This document shows, piece after piece, positions 1 through 11,557 of a DNA stretch of 64,000 bases. The position numbers and the translations under genes were made by a program. Origin of the DNA: Lytechinus pictus (taxonomy: Eukaryota); contig NC_087246.1 of the NCBI RefSeq assembly GCF_037042905.1, forward strand, positions 13,454,001 to 13,518,000, written 5' to 3'. How positions within the stretch are numbered: the first letter of the stretch is position 1; the number at the start of each line of letters is the position of its first letter. The notes below the pieces were generated by a model, which was given only the letters and a program-made list of their open reading frames with translations, did no database searches and was not told the DNA's origin.

Positions 1-261
1 GTATACAATGTAAAATGCATGTTTGAAGAAGATCAAGATATGTGTGTCGAAGAAGCGTCAAGCTTCTATCATTTTGACCTTCGAAAAAACGATATAAAAT
101 CCCATTTAAAGGCAAAACTGAAAGAAATGTAATGGTCCAGAGAACTTAATGTGAATTCTACAAAATTTGATTTTTTTACTTGTCTCTCCCCCTCCCCTTG
201 GATATTGTGATGCTTATTTAACTAATTTTTGGTTCAAAACCAAAAGAGCCATCTTGAAATA

Positions 262-520
262 TTACTTTGATTTTTCTGATGTTTAACTTTATTGAACAAC
301 CTGTAAAGACATTTATTTGTTAGAATGATTTTGTTGTTGTTGATTTTCTGATGTTTAACTGATATTGAATAACCTGTAAAGACATTTATTTGTTAGAATG
401 ATTTTGTTAGTATGCAACTGCCAAAAAGACAAATATCAATTTTGAATCTAAAACCAAAAGAGCTATCTTGATATATTACTTTGATTTTCTGATGTTTAAC
501 TTTATGAATAACCTGTTAAA
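262..520. repeat. Short degenerate tandem repeat (~80 bp unit)
   Basis: TTTTCTGATGTTTAACT...AACCTGT(A/T)AA occurs three times, the first two continuing GACATTTATTTGTTAGAATGATTTT. Confidence 0.7.
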
Positions 521-991
521 AATGTTTTCCAGTCAGTTAGGATTGGTTTATTTTTCAACCTATCCTTTGTTAGTATACAACTGGTAAAAGATGATAATCA
601 ATTCTTTGTACTTTAAACAGAATTTCATTTATGTTTTCTTAATTTCGTTTGTATATGCACATATTTGGTTATTTTCCTTTGTTAATATTTTGTTTTAAAC
701 GCTGATTTCTTCCTTGCATTATCAGTAAATTTATTCGAGACAAAACATTTAATTAAGTATGAAATAATCTTTTCTTTGCAAAATTATTTAAAGTTTGTAT
801 AAAAAAAAGGGGGAAAAAGAAAATCAGGCCGAATTTAATAAGTTGTTATATCATGTTTAATCAGAATAACGTTGATCTTAAAACACTGAAGAAGAAAACA
901 GGGTATGTTTTTTGTTGTTGTTTAAAATGTTTTGATCATTTTTTTATGTTTATCAGTGTACATTTCATTTTGAGAATTTGGTTAATACATA

Positions 992-1330
992 ACCTCTATC
1001 AAGACCAAGAGCACCACAATCATCCATGAGCCACCATCTAGCTACCACTCCATACTCATCGTGTACTCCTGTGGTTGTACCAGTACCAACATTCAACCAC
1101 GCGCTTCATTCATCATCGTCACCACCCATGTTCGGGGTCTACCCTCATCATGATCAACCCATCCATGTTACGATGTCGTCAATGAAGGTCCGTTCTACAA
1201 GGAATCGACGATCACGCCGAGTGGTAATCAAGGATGAGGAAGAGGAGATCATCGACGTCGTATCGCTCTGAAGAATATGGACTTTGTTTTGATGTGGTAC
1301 ACTTGGATAATGTATTTGAGATTTGAAGTC
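992..1330 (+). pseudogene. 5'-truncated fragment (copy 1) of the zinc-finger-less Sp5-like gene
   Basis: Homology to exon 2 of the other copies starts abruptly at ACCTCTATCAAGACC (~992), runs through the stop at 1271 and ends at ~1330 before the polyA signal. No exon 1, promoter or Sp box. Confidence 0.85.
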
Positions 1331-1493
1331 ATATATGTTTCAAAGGTATTTTTACAAAAGAAAACACATTTTTCAGGGTGAACTTCCCCGATTTATGTCT
1401 CTCTCTCTCTCTTTATAACGAATTGTATTTTTATTTCCTCTCATCTCCTTTCCCTTCCTTTTCTTTCAACTGGTTGGCCAATCGAAGATATAA

Positions 1494-1944
1494 GTTGGAA
1501 GTTCACCCTGACAATTTTTTTATTGTACAAATGGCAGGAAAATGATCAAGAATATTAAAGGTTTGACGAAAATTCATCAAAATAACGAAAAAACCCACCA
1601 AAGTTAATAGAATGGCACTTAAACACAAATTGTGACGTCATATATCTTTTGGTAGGAAAATGAATGAAATATCATTTTCTAAAAAAATAAATGAAAATGC
1701 TTTGTTGGCACTTTATACATAATAGCTGACATTTTTGTTCACCCCCATTCAAACAAATATTTTAGTCATCATGAACCATTAAATGTAAATTATGGATTTC
1801 ATATTACAATATGGAGTAGCTGCTCGTATATGAAGTCAAATTAACAAATTTAAACTCTAAAAACTTACGTAATCTTTTATGGATTTTTCCTCAAACCTTC
1901 CCCAATATTTCTATTTTTTTATTCAGGGTGAACTTCCGCTTTAA
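1494..1944. mobile_element. Degenerate non-autonomous DNA element (Kolobok-like MITE)
   Basis: Inverted termini GGAAGTTCACCCTGA...TCAGGGTGAACTTCC followed by GCTTTAA; related copies at ~6950-7370, 14710-15158, 18382-18832 and 23575-23878. Superfamily is inferred. Confidence 0.55.
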
Positions 1945-3036
1945 GATTTGTGTCTTATTTTAGAAGGATATGAATTCTTATTTCCTTTTCCATCATTTGC
2001 ATCTCTTTCCTTCTTCCTTTACTTCATCATTTCTTTTTTTTCTTCCCTTTCTCTCCCTTTCCCCTCCCTTTTCTTTCACCTCTCCCTTTACATCTCCCTT
2101 TTGTGGGGGGGGGGGGGGTGGAACCAGGCCCCTTCAGCCCCCAAGGATCCCCAAAACACTTACGATGAGGCGGCATATGATAAAAAGGTTGCGTGTTATT
2201 TGATATAAATACAATTTTGAATATTTTGATATTTTTGAACACAATTTTCATGCATAGAATGGGCTGACAATTTTGGGATATAATTTTTGTATGTAGCCTT
2301 AAGATGTTTAAGGTGGTCAAAAGGGGAGGGGATATCAAAGGAAAAATATAAGCATTATAAAGAGAGAGCTTTCTGAAAGTATCAGTCATCAAAGAAGAAA
2401 AAAGGCCAATACATCTTCGTGAAATCGTAACATTATATTGTACTGAACTATTAATGACCTTGTACAAAAGTTTAACATAGGCTTTAAATCTCTAATTACA
2501 GATTTTCCTTCGTTATTATTTTTTTCAGCTGCAGAATTACCCCCACCTCTGATTCATTGTTCAGGGGCTTCCAAGAAACAACACATTTAGTCAATTCATT
2601 TCAAATTGTTTAAAGGGACATTATCACGGACGTAACAGAAGTTATACTAAAATAAAAAGTTTCTAAATAGATGAATATTTGCCACTCGAATATAGAAATT
2701 TCTTGTTTCAACAGGAATCTATTTGTGATAGAAATTCTATAGGACCCACTGAAAAAAATCTAGTATAATGATTTAGAGCAATCCACTTCATATACGTTTT
2801 TTACAGGCATTTTTTAAAAGTATCGTAATAAGTCTTTACTAAAGATGCTGTTACTATGTGTTCGTTCATATTCTTTGATGTATTAATAAAATAAATAAGT
2901 ATTCTGTGACTACTTAATCGAAATATGGCAATTTTGTGTCGAAAGTAACCATATCACTCTGTAACCTTTATGGACTAAAGAAAATCCCATCGAGATGGAT
3001 TGAGTACCCTAAAATAGACTTTGACTATAATTTCCC

Positions 3037-3559
3037 ATCCTACCTGTTAACAGTGTAGATCTATTCATTGATAAGTGTCACCCAGCTGGAGTATTCTTCT
3101 TTCTATTGCATTCTTACCTCCATGTCACTATTCAAAGCCGAGAGATGACCCGTCCGTTGTGACTGGTGAACGACCTGTCATTGATAAGCATCGGACAATG
3201 CCCGAAGATCCTCCTATTGGTCAGACTTTGTGATGGTTGAACTTGACAGATAGAAGCCCGGGATTAGCGGCATAGGATCAAGATCAGATGGATCTCTGAT
3301 CTTACCGGCTCATTGAGTCGTCCAGTGGTAGATGAAAGGATTCATGAACGAGTTTGGTCAGTTAGGATAAATAGCTATCAAATTCTCGACATAGCATCAT
3401 TTATGCTTTGAGCTTTCGCCAGTGCACAACTACTACAACTAACCCTGGACACTATCATTATTGGTCATCATTACTTCAGTTTATAAGAGTATATCATTAC
3501 AACTATACATCTTGGCATCTGTCTTGGACTTGATTTAAGTGGAATATTATATTGGCAGC
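3037..3559 (+). promoter_or_regulatory. Conserved proximal promoter/5'UTR of the Sp5-like genes
   Basis: About 520 bp shared by all three intact copies (also ~16258-16784 and ~20807-21349), while copy 4 diverges further upstream. Contains TGATAA x2, CAGCTG, ATTGG, GGATTA, an AAGATCAGA-N6-TCTGATCTT inverted repeat and TATA-like GATAAATA. Confidence 0.6.
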
Positions 3560-4454
3560 ATGGCTTCTCTGACTTCAAAGTACTTACAGGTATGTACACA
3601 TAGACATTAATTGTCGTTTCTCTCTTACAATATCAAATCTTACTTCTTTGGTTTCTCAAACAAGCTCAACTAAATGAAACTGTACAATTGTATAATAAAT
3701 ATTTAAAGCGTAGTGTGTTTGATAATGAGTCATGACATGAAGTGTATGGATATTTCGGTCTCATTGAATTAATTTTGATTTCTCCCTCTTTTCTTTAATT
3801 TCTCAGCTCCCTGAAGCTAGCTCGTGTGATATTGGCAAACCAAGTCCCCTGGCCATGTTAGCTGCAACCTGTCGAAAGATTGGCACATCACCAGGCGTGT
3901 CTTCCCGTCGAGTGCCGAGGATACTTTCACTACAACCACAGCTCACTCCCTTGTCGACGACCTCGTCTGCTTCTACATCGTCGTCCTGTTCGTATCTTCC
4001 ACCTACTCCACCACCGTCACCACACATGACCTCGTCATCTCCAGCGTTGTCGGTATCACCTCAGCCTACCGAGTTGTCATCTCTCCGATCAGTTAGCCCG
4101 ATCATCCCTGGTCATCAGCCATGCTACTATCCTCTATATCAACCTGTTATGCGGTATTCTCCTTACTCTACTACACCTCTATCAAGACCAAGAGTACCAC
4201 CCTCATCCATGAGCTACCATCTAGCTACCACTCCATACTCATCGTGTACTCCTGTGGTTGTACCAGTACCAACATTCAACCACACGCTTCATTCATCATC
4301 GTCGCCACCCAAGTTCGGGGTCTACCCTCATCATGATCAACCCATCCATGCTAAGATGTCGTCAATGAAGGTTCTTTCTACGCGGAATCGACGATCACGC
4401 CGAGTGGTAATCAAGGATGAGGAAGAGGAGATCATCGACGTCGTATCGCTCTGA
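3560..4454 (+). CDS. Sp5-like Sp-box protein lacking zinc fingers, copy 2 (225 aa); exons 3560-3589 and 3807-4454
   Basis: Exon 1 MASLTSKYLQ ends CAG|gtatgt; 217-bp intron with polypyrimidine tract ends ctcag; phase-0 exon 2 LPEASSCDIGKPSPLAMLAATCRKIG...IKDEEEEIIDVVSL*; AATAAA at 4536. Resembles vertebrate Sp5 N-terminus SLQAFLQ|DRTPSASPDLGKHSPLALLAATCSRIG (from memory). Confidence 0.85.
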
Positions 4455-6085
4455 AGAATATGGACTTTGTTTTGATATGGTACACTTGGATAATATATTT
4501 GAGATTTGAAGTCGCTTGTAGCGAACTCATGTTGAAATAAATCTTTTCGAAAATGCATTTCTTGTCTTAAAAGGACTTTAACTTTGGAGTCAAGCTGTTT
4601 GACTTCGAAAGAGTTAAGATAGGCGATGGGTTGCATTTGCTTGTATGTTTAGTGAGACAGTATCATATTGAGAGAGAGAGAGTGCATGAGGGGACGAGAA
4701 GAGGAAGACGAAGCACTGTGAAATATTTACTTAGTGTGAAAAAAAGTTTAATAAGTGAGGCATTGAGTGAGGGGGTAGTTCAGCAAGATATTTTGTTTGA
4801 TCCTTGATAAAGAGCGGAAGATATTTTGAAAAAAAAATCATTCACATAAATAGAAGAATGCTAGTCACTTCCTTCAGTGTTTAGAATTCAGATGGAACAT
4901 ATTTTTAAAATCATTTCTTTATTGTAAAAATAGCAGAAAAAAATATTTTCTTTTATTCAGTGTTCACTTCCCCTTTAAGATTTGTGTCTTTTCCAACATT
5001 TGCATCTCTTTCGAGTTTGAGTTTGAAAGTAAATAAGCTTGGTGAGTTCTATATAGACTCATCCAGGGAAATGAATAAATGAGGACCAGTGTAAATGATG
5101 GTTTTCTATTTAAATAATATTCTCAACAAAGGAAGGTAAAATGATGGTAATTGTCTTGTGGAATAACCATGAAAATTATCTTTTTATTTGTAAATAATAA
5201 ACTTAAAAGGGTTGGCAATTCACCGCGATTTAATTAGTATATAAAACAGCCAAGACAAAGATGATATAAGTCATTTATTTTCAAAATAATATTAAAGTAA
5301 AAAAGTTAAGCTGTGGAAACTAATCTATCTTCGTGACTTATAATTCTTATCATACGCTTTTGAATTAGCAATAGTCTGTCCAAATAAATTCTAGATCAGT
5401 TATCCCAATAATGATGAAATTAAAAAGGACATTTTTAGTTGTCAGGTTAGAATATAAAAAAAATTCAGCTCGCGCTTCTCATTCGCATAAAAACTGTCAG
5501 GACAGGATGCGTATATAACTAAACAATTGATCCGAATGCGAAGCACGAGCTAAAAATGTTTGATATTCTAACCTGACAACTGGAAACTTTTAGCATGTTT
5601 TAAAATAAACAAATAGCTGTGTATCTCGCGAATCAAGTAATACGAGCACAAAGCACGAGCTGGAATATTCTTTTTATTCCTATCAGAAAATTTGAACTTT
5701 TAAGCACGTTTTTAGATAAAGAACAATTTGTTTATCTCAATGAATGATTAATGCGAGCCCAAAGCGCAAGGTGAAATTTAATTGTACTGACCAGAAGTGG
5801 GAACCTTTTGAGCACTTTTTACCATGGAGGAAAATTGTTAAGAGAATACGTATCTCACTAATGATGAGAATTCAAAGCAAGGGCTAACTATTTTAAGTTA
5901 TCATGAACAGAATACATAAATACGATAAAATGCAAATACAATGCTTATGTGCAAGTTAAAAAAAATCCATATACTCAGGGGCAGATCCCGCTTTCGCCAA
6001 TGGGGGAGGGGGTGGGAGTTGGCAGAAAAATATTTTCATTTACATTTTACCCGATTGGACACCAAAACCTGTTTTTTGCCCTTCT

Positions 6086-6190
6086 AGTTCGAACATCAAA
6101 TCGGCGCCCCCAAATTCGAACATCAATTCGGCGCCCCCTAGTTCGAACATCATATCGGCGCCCCGTGGTCAACATCAAATGGGCGCTTCC
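6086..6190. repeat. 27-bp minisatellite inside a dispersed repeat
   Basis: (G/A)TTCGAACATCAA(A/T)TCGGCGCCCCC-like unit occurs about four times. Confidence 0.7.
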
Positions 6191-6839
6191 ACCCATTTAT
6201 TATTTATTCCCCCCTCTATTTCTTTCCCCCTTTTTTTCTCTCATCCTCTTTCCCCTTCTTTTTCATTCCTTTCTCCCCTTCCCTCTTTTTCCCTTCTTTC
6301 TTTCTTTCTTTCTTTCTTCCTTTCCCCCTCTTTCTCTTTCTTTTTATTTTCTTCCTTCCCCCTTTTCCTCTCTCCTTTTGTTCTCTTCATTTCCCCCTCT
6401 TCCTCCCTCTTTTTTTTTACCGGGGGGGGGGGAGGGGACCCAAACATCACATAATGTAATATCTAGTCAACCAAAAGTTGAGATCTTTGAAGATTTTTTA
6501 ATTACGGTTTATCATTTAATCCATTAAAGCCCCCCCCCCTAAAAAAAAAAATTCTTCGAGTTTGCCCTTTAAAATAATAATCCCGTATATCCTGATGCAT
6601 CTGAACAATATACTCTCTTACCAATGTCTCTCGGTCTATTGTCCAGTCATCAAGCTGGTCCAACCTTAGTATGGAATGGAGTCCCATCTAATCAGGTCAT
6701 TGGTCGATTTCCCCCACTCGACATATTTTCGCAATAAATCTAAAACACGAAAAGATCGCGCCACGACGTTTCATGACTTTTTCCTTCAAACTTCGAGATC
6801 TGAGGGCGTTTGGCAAAAAATAGGCCCCACCCTCGGGCT

Positions 6840-8200
6840 ATGCGATTTTACAATAGCATGGGCTTTATAGGGTTAAGACAAGTTGCACGTAATTCCTTCT
6901 TGATTTTTTTAATCCATATTTTCCCCGATTGGAAAATCGGAGACATAAGTTTGAAGTTCACCCTGACAATATTTTTAATTGTAAAATACATTTGTTAAGG
7001 TTTGAGGAAAACTCTTCAATATTAAAAAGTTATTAGAATGACACATAAACAAAAATTGACACGTCACATGCGAGCAGCTTCCCGATATATCTTGCACCAA
7101 GAAAATAAATGAAATTTTATTTTCTATAAAAAATAGATGAATATGTTTTTTATTGCCGTTAACATAAAAAGCTGACATTTTTCCAACCCTCTCCTAAGGA
7201 CCTAAAAAATCACCATTAACCATTGAATTAAAATTTATGCATTTCATATTATATAAGATATAGGGTAGCTCCTCGTATATGACGTCACATTGAAAAATTC
7301 TTAATCTTTGATGGATTTTTCGTCAAACCTTCGTCAATAATTTTACTTTTTTTATTAAGGGTGAACTTAAAGATTTGTGTCTTTTTTTCAGAAGGATGTG
7401 ACTTATTATATCCTTTTCCATCATTTGCATCTCTTTCCCCTTTCCTTTACTTCTCCTCCACTTTTTTTTCTCATTTTCTCTCTTTCCCCTTTCCCTGTAC
7501 ATGCTCCTTTTTAGAGGGGAGGGAGATTTTAAAATTACGGTAAATCCCCTCTCGTCAATTCAATGCAGGCATAAAAAATACAGCCCCATAATCTACATAT
7601 TTTTCCCCTCTGTACAAACTTCGACATTTTATCTATTGAAGCCCCCTCCCCCGAAAATCTGTGAGGTTGCCCCTTAAAATAATCGCCCCGTATATCCTGA
7701 TGTATCTGGAAAAATGCTCGCTCTTCCCAATATCATTCGGTCTATTGTCCGGTCATCAAGCTGGTCAAACCTTCCTATAGAATGGATTCCCTATCAGGTC
7801 ATTGGTCAGTGTCCTGTCACTGTAGGCAAAGCTGGACAATGGTCAAGGGTCTTTTGACTGGTCAATCATTTGATTGGTAAACTAGGTTTAACGCTAACGG
7901 GAAATCGGAAAAGATCAGACAACACTTTGATTCACAGACGTCTTGAAAGTCATTAAGTATTCTTTTAGTATACGTTTAGTATCCTTTTCAAACCTTAAAA
8001 ACCTTAATAAAGAGCAATTTAGCTATAGTTATTAGACTTGTAAGTAGAACTGACAGTTAATACATGTTGTGATGAGGCATATAGAAAAGTAATCTTTATT
8101 CCCCGCACCTCTTCCATTTATTTATAATATGCGATTGTTTTCGTCATTCTAAAAGATTGACCGTTTATTTTTTGTGGATTTGTAAAGAGAGTTCAACATT
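6840..8200 (+). repeat. Duplicated intergenic spacer block, paralogous to ~18280-19690 and ~23460-24800, and partly to 8940-9375 + 13111-13400
   Basis: Colinear shared sequence, e.g. ATAGGGTTAAGACAAGTTGCACGTAAT and GGATTCCCTATCAGGTCATTGGTCAGTG. Confidence 0.85.
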
Positions 8201-9382
8201 CGAAAGAGTTAAGATGGGTGATGGGTTTCTTTCGCTTGTATGTGCGAAGTTGATGGAGTGAAATAGTGCAAGGAGATGGAGGAAGAGAAAGAGAGAAAGC
8301 GAGAGAAAGTGTGTTTGTATGTGAGGAAATAGAAGGACAGAGTGCGTATTAAAGTTGAGAATTAAACGGGTGATGGTTCAGTTAAAACAGTGATATCGAC
8401 TCCAGACAGTGACATGTTGTGTCATTTGAAATACTAGTAGGCCGTAATGTGTTAACTATGATCATTCATGGGTCGGTTTAGTTAGTGAAACAGTAGCATA
8501 ATGATAAAGAAATGAGAGAATAGGGGGGGCAGCGCAGAAGGGATGTAAAGAGGAAGACGAAGCACAAAATAGATATTTACCAGTGTGAAATAAGTTTAAG
8601 TGATATATATATTTGAACAAAATCCTTTCAAGGGGGGCCCCTTCAGACCCTAAAGGTCCCCGCCTGAATTAAATCATAACAATACCAATATTTCAATAAA
8701 ATACATATCTAAAGGATTTCAGATTTTTTGCCGATTCTTACAAGAAATAACACTAATCTGAAAGATCAACTTGATACATTGGTTGCTTTCAAAATCCAGA
8801 AGGAACCCCCTCTCTTGATCTTTTCTCGATCTGACTTTTCCTCCAGTTTTGTTAAATTAAAGGTTAATTTAAAAACTATCAAAATCGTGTTTCTGTGATT
8901 ATTATGTACACCAAGGGCATCACATGATATAATATCTAGTCAACCAAAATTTGATATCTTTGCAGATCTTTAAATTACGGTAAAAGTCCCATCCCCGTCA
9001 ATCCAATTAATGCAGGCATAAAAAAGATCTAGCGCCAATATCTACTAATTTTTTTCGCTTTGTACAAATTTCGAAATTTAATCTATGAAAGCCCCCTCCC
9101 CCGATAATCTTCGAGTTTGCCCCTTAAAACGATCACCCCCGTATATCCTGATGCATCTCAACAATATACTCTCTTCCAAACGTCTCCCTGTCTATTGTCC
9201 GGTCATCAAGCTGGTCAAACCTTCCTATAATCATGATAATGGATTCCCTATCAGGTCATTGGTCAGTGCCCTGTCACTGTAGACAAATCTGGACAATGGT
9301 CAAGGGTATTTTTGATTGGTCAATCATTGATTGATAAACTTGGTTTAAAGCTAACTGGAAATCGGAAAAGATCAGCGCCAGT

Positions 9383-11557
9383 GTGTTGTTATCGTATTAT
9401 ACTGATGATTCGATGTTGCAACCGCAAAGTGTAAGCGCGCCACCTTGTGTTGGTCTCTTGGCCACATTATTTTACGATGGTTGTGAACTTTGGTTTGATG
9501 GTGTGGTAGTCCAAGATGATTACTTGAGAGGTTCTTGTAGCATTGTTGCTGGGGCTCCATTCATGGAGCAGAACGATATTTCGGTTCGCCCCTCCAAGCA
9601 GTTGATCATGTTTGGAGACGGTGCTACTTTCTGCTATGGTGTGTCATCTAGAGCAGCTCCGCCGTGTTTGTATGATGTTGATCTCGCTGGCATACATACG
9701 GTTACGAATCTCATTCTAAATGATCAGGAACGCGAGAAAAATGAGAGTCCAATTGATGATAGTCATGGAATTCATAATCATGTTACATTAAGGACCACAG
9801 TCATACCAGTAAACACTAACATACACAAAGAAGATGATGGATATGAGACGAGTGATAGTGAGATAGATGAATCTGAAAGTAATGATTGTAAATCTCGGAA
9901 TGAAGACCGAAGAGATGAGACTAGTGATGGTGAGGTGCATGAAACTAACAAAGGTGAAATGACACCATGCAATGTAGATGATGGTTATGAGAGTAGTGAT
10001 GGTGGAGGTAATGACTCTAACATAGTTCATGTGAAACAATGTAATGCAGTTGATGGATACATGAATTGTGATGGTGAGGTGAAAATATTAACAAACAGTG
10101 CTGACATGAAAGGATGGAATGAAGAGGTTGACTATGCAACTAGTGATAGTCTGGTTCATGAAAGTGACCAATGTGATGTGAAACAATGGAATGAAGAAAT
10201 TGGATATGAAGCTAATGTTGATGTGGTTGATAAAGCTAATGGAGATGATGTGCTTATTGGTCACATGAGAGATGTAAAAGAAACAAGGAAAGATAATGTA
10301 GGGTCTATTGTTAGTGATGTAATTGGTCAGGATACCGATGCCAATGTGCCTTCATTGTTCCAAGAGTGTACAGTTACAGACACTTATGAAAGCAGTTCAT
10401 GCTCTCCTCCAGTTTTACGTTTGAGTGATTTCAGAACTTCTTCACTCCATTGCATTGATTGTTGGCATGGTAATATTGCCTTTACTACTCTGAGTGGATT
10501 GAGTTGCTCTCCACTTTCTGCCGATGAGTTTGAGCCTTTGGTAATTTGGGATTGTTGCCAATCCAATGTGACCTGCAGTTTTACAGAGTCCCTTGATTTG
10601 GATCCTAGTCAGAACCATGGTCCTTGCTTTTTGTCAGATGTGACAATTTCACCTAACATGACTTTGCCTGATGTAACAGTTTTGCCTAACTTGTCTTTGC
10701 CTGATGTGACAGTTTCGCCTACCTTGACGTTGCCGGATGTGACAATTTTCCCTAACATGACTTTGCCTGATGAGACAGTTTTGCCTAACATATCACTCGA
10801 TATGCTACTGGATCGCTGCATAGGTAGCAACCTTGTCGTTGACCGTGGAGGTACCGTACTGCCTCTTGATCACATGTTTGACACTTCTAGTAGTGTTGAT
10901 ACTGTGTCCGTTACACCATCGGCCGATTCGGTGTTACCCTTCAACGCGAGTAACCGCCACAGAGCAAACACCGGGGTAACCGCTATGCCTCCGTGCCAGG
11001 CTAACGTCAGCAGCAGTAGCTCTACTACGCAAGTTATCCGTCCGGCGCGGGTACAATGTTTCGTGAACGGGTTGATCCCGCAGAGCTGTAAGTCGTTCAT
11101 CCCGCCAGCATCGTATCCTACCGAATGTAAGCACTCACCTAGCATCCCAGTCTCTAATAGCCATGTTCATTCAATCCGGACTGGTGTCGCTCCTCGTACT
11201 CGCCCTCCAAATCAGCCCCTTGCTACCCTAGAGCTTGGTCCTGCTGATCTGTCTGTCCTTGAAGGTGTTCATCATTGTCGTCCTCCAGATCAGCCCCATG
11301 CTATACCAGGGCATTGTCCTGCTGATCTGTCCAACCCTGAAGGATGTCTTCACACTCGTCCGCCAGACCGGCCCCATGCTACTCCAGGGTATGGTCCTGC
11401 TGGTCTGTCTATCCCAGTGGTAAAGTTTCATAGACCGTATGATGTTGGTCCCTACCTAGGACTTTTCTTCATGATTCTCGCCTATCAACGCTCCAGAGAC
11501 ATTTATTGTTTGATACAGTGTTCGCTCGCCTTGCTTTCAAGACCTATGATTACGTAG
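9383..11557 (+). CDS. 724-codon ORF of the LTR element: Gypsy protease-like C-terminal fragment followed by acidic and tandem-repeat regions
   Basis: FDGVVVQDD...IVAGAPFMEQNDISVRPSKQLIMFGDG resembles the end of Gypsy aspartic protease domains; then DDGYExSD repeats, 11-aa LPDVTVxPNxT repeats and 26-aa RPPDQPHA repeats; no RT, RNase H or integrase motifs. Confidence 0.55.
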   Translation: MLLSYYTDDSMLQPQSVSAPPCVGLLATLFYDGCELWFDGVVVQDDYLRGSCSIVAGAPFMEQNDISVRPSKQLIMFGDGATFCYGVSSRAAPPCLYDVDLAGIHTVTNLILNDQEREKNESPIDDSHGIHNHVTLRTTVIPVNTNIHKEDDGYETSDSEIDESESNDCKSRNEDRRDETSDGEVHETNKGEMTPCNVDDGYESSDGGGNDSNIVHVKQCNAVDGYMNCDGEVKILTNSADMKGWNEEVDYATSDSLVHESDQCDVKQWNEEIGYEANVDVVDKANGDDVLIGHMRDVKETRKDNVGSIVSDVIGQDTDANVPSLFQECTVTDTYESSSCSPPVLRLSDFRTSSLHCIDCWHGNIAFTTLSGLSCSPLSADEFEPLVIWDCCQSNVTCSFTESLDLDPSQNHGPCFLSDVTISPNMTLPDVTVLPNLSLPDVTVSPTLTLPDVTIFPNMTLPDETVLPNISLDMLLDRCIGSNLVVDRGGTVLPLDHMFDTSSSVDTVSVTPSADSVLPFNASNRHRANTGVTAMPPCQANVSSSSSTTQVIRPARVQCFVNGLIPQSCKSFIPPASYPTECKHSPSIPVSNSHVHSIRTGVAPRTRPPNQPLATLELGPADLSVLEGVHHCRPPDQPHAIPGHCPADLSNPEGCLHTRPPDRPHATPGYGPAGLSIPVVKFHRPYDVGPYLGLFFMILAYQRSRDIYCLIQCSLALLSRPMIT

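Larger units (their letters stand above)
1336..4454 (+). repeat. Segmental duplication unit, near-identical to 14551-17649
   Basis: Colinear from TGTTTCAAAGGTATTTTTACAAAAG through the promoter and gene; matching ORF-track artefacts at 1948/15163 and 2027/15317. Confidence 0.9.

Noticed and set aside
1948-2467. Hydrophobic or Lys-rich ORFs repeated at 15163-15682, and similar ORFs at 5949-6527
   Set aside because: They are translations of CT-rich low-complexity sequence; the paralogs differ by frameshifts.
3855-4454. 199-aa ORFs (also 17050 and 21645) as complete single-exon genes
   Set aside because: Their ATG lies in the middle of the Sp box; a conserved upstream exon and acceptor extend them in frame to 225 aa.
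3807-4454. Calling these genes canonical Sp5 or MYC
   Set aside because: No Btd box, C2H2 fingers or bHLH-ZIP; only short motifs match, so no gene symbol was assigned.
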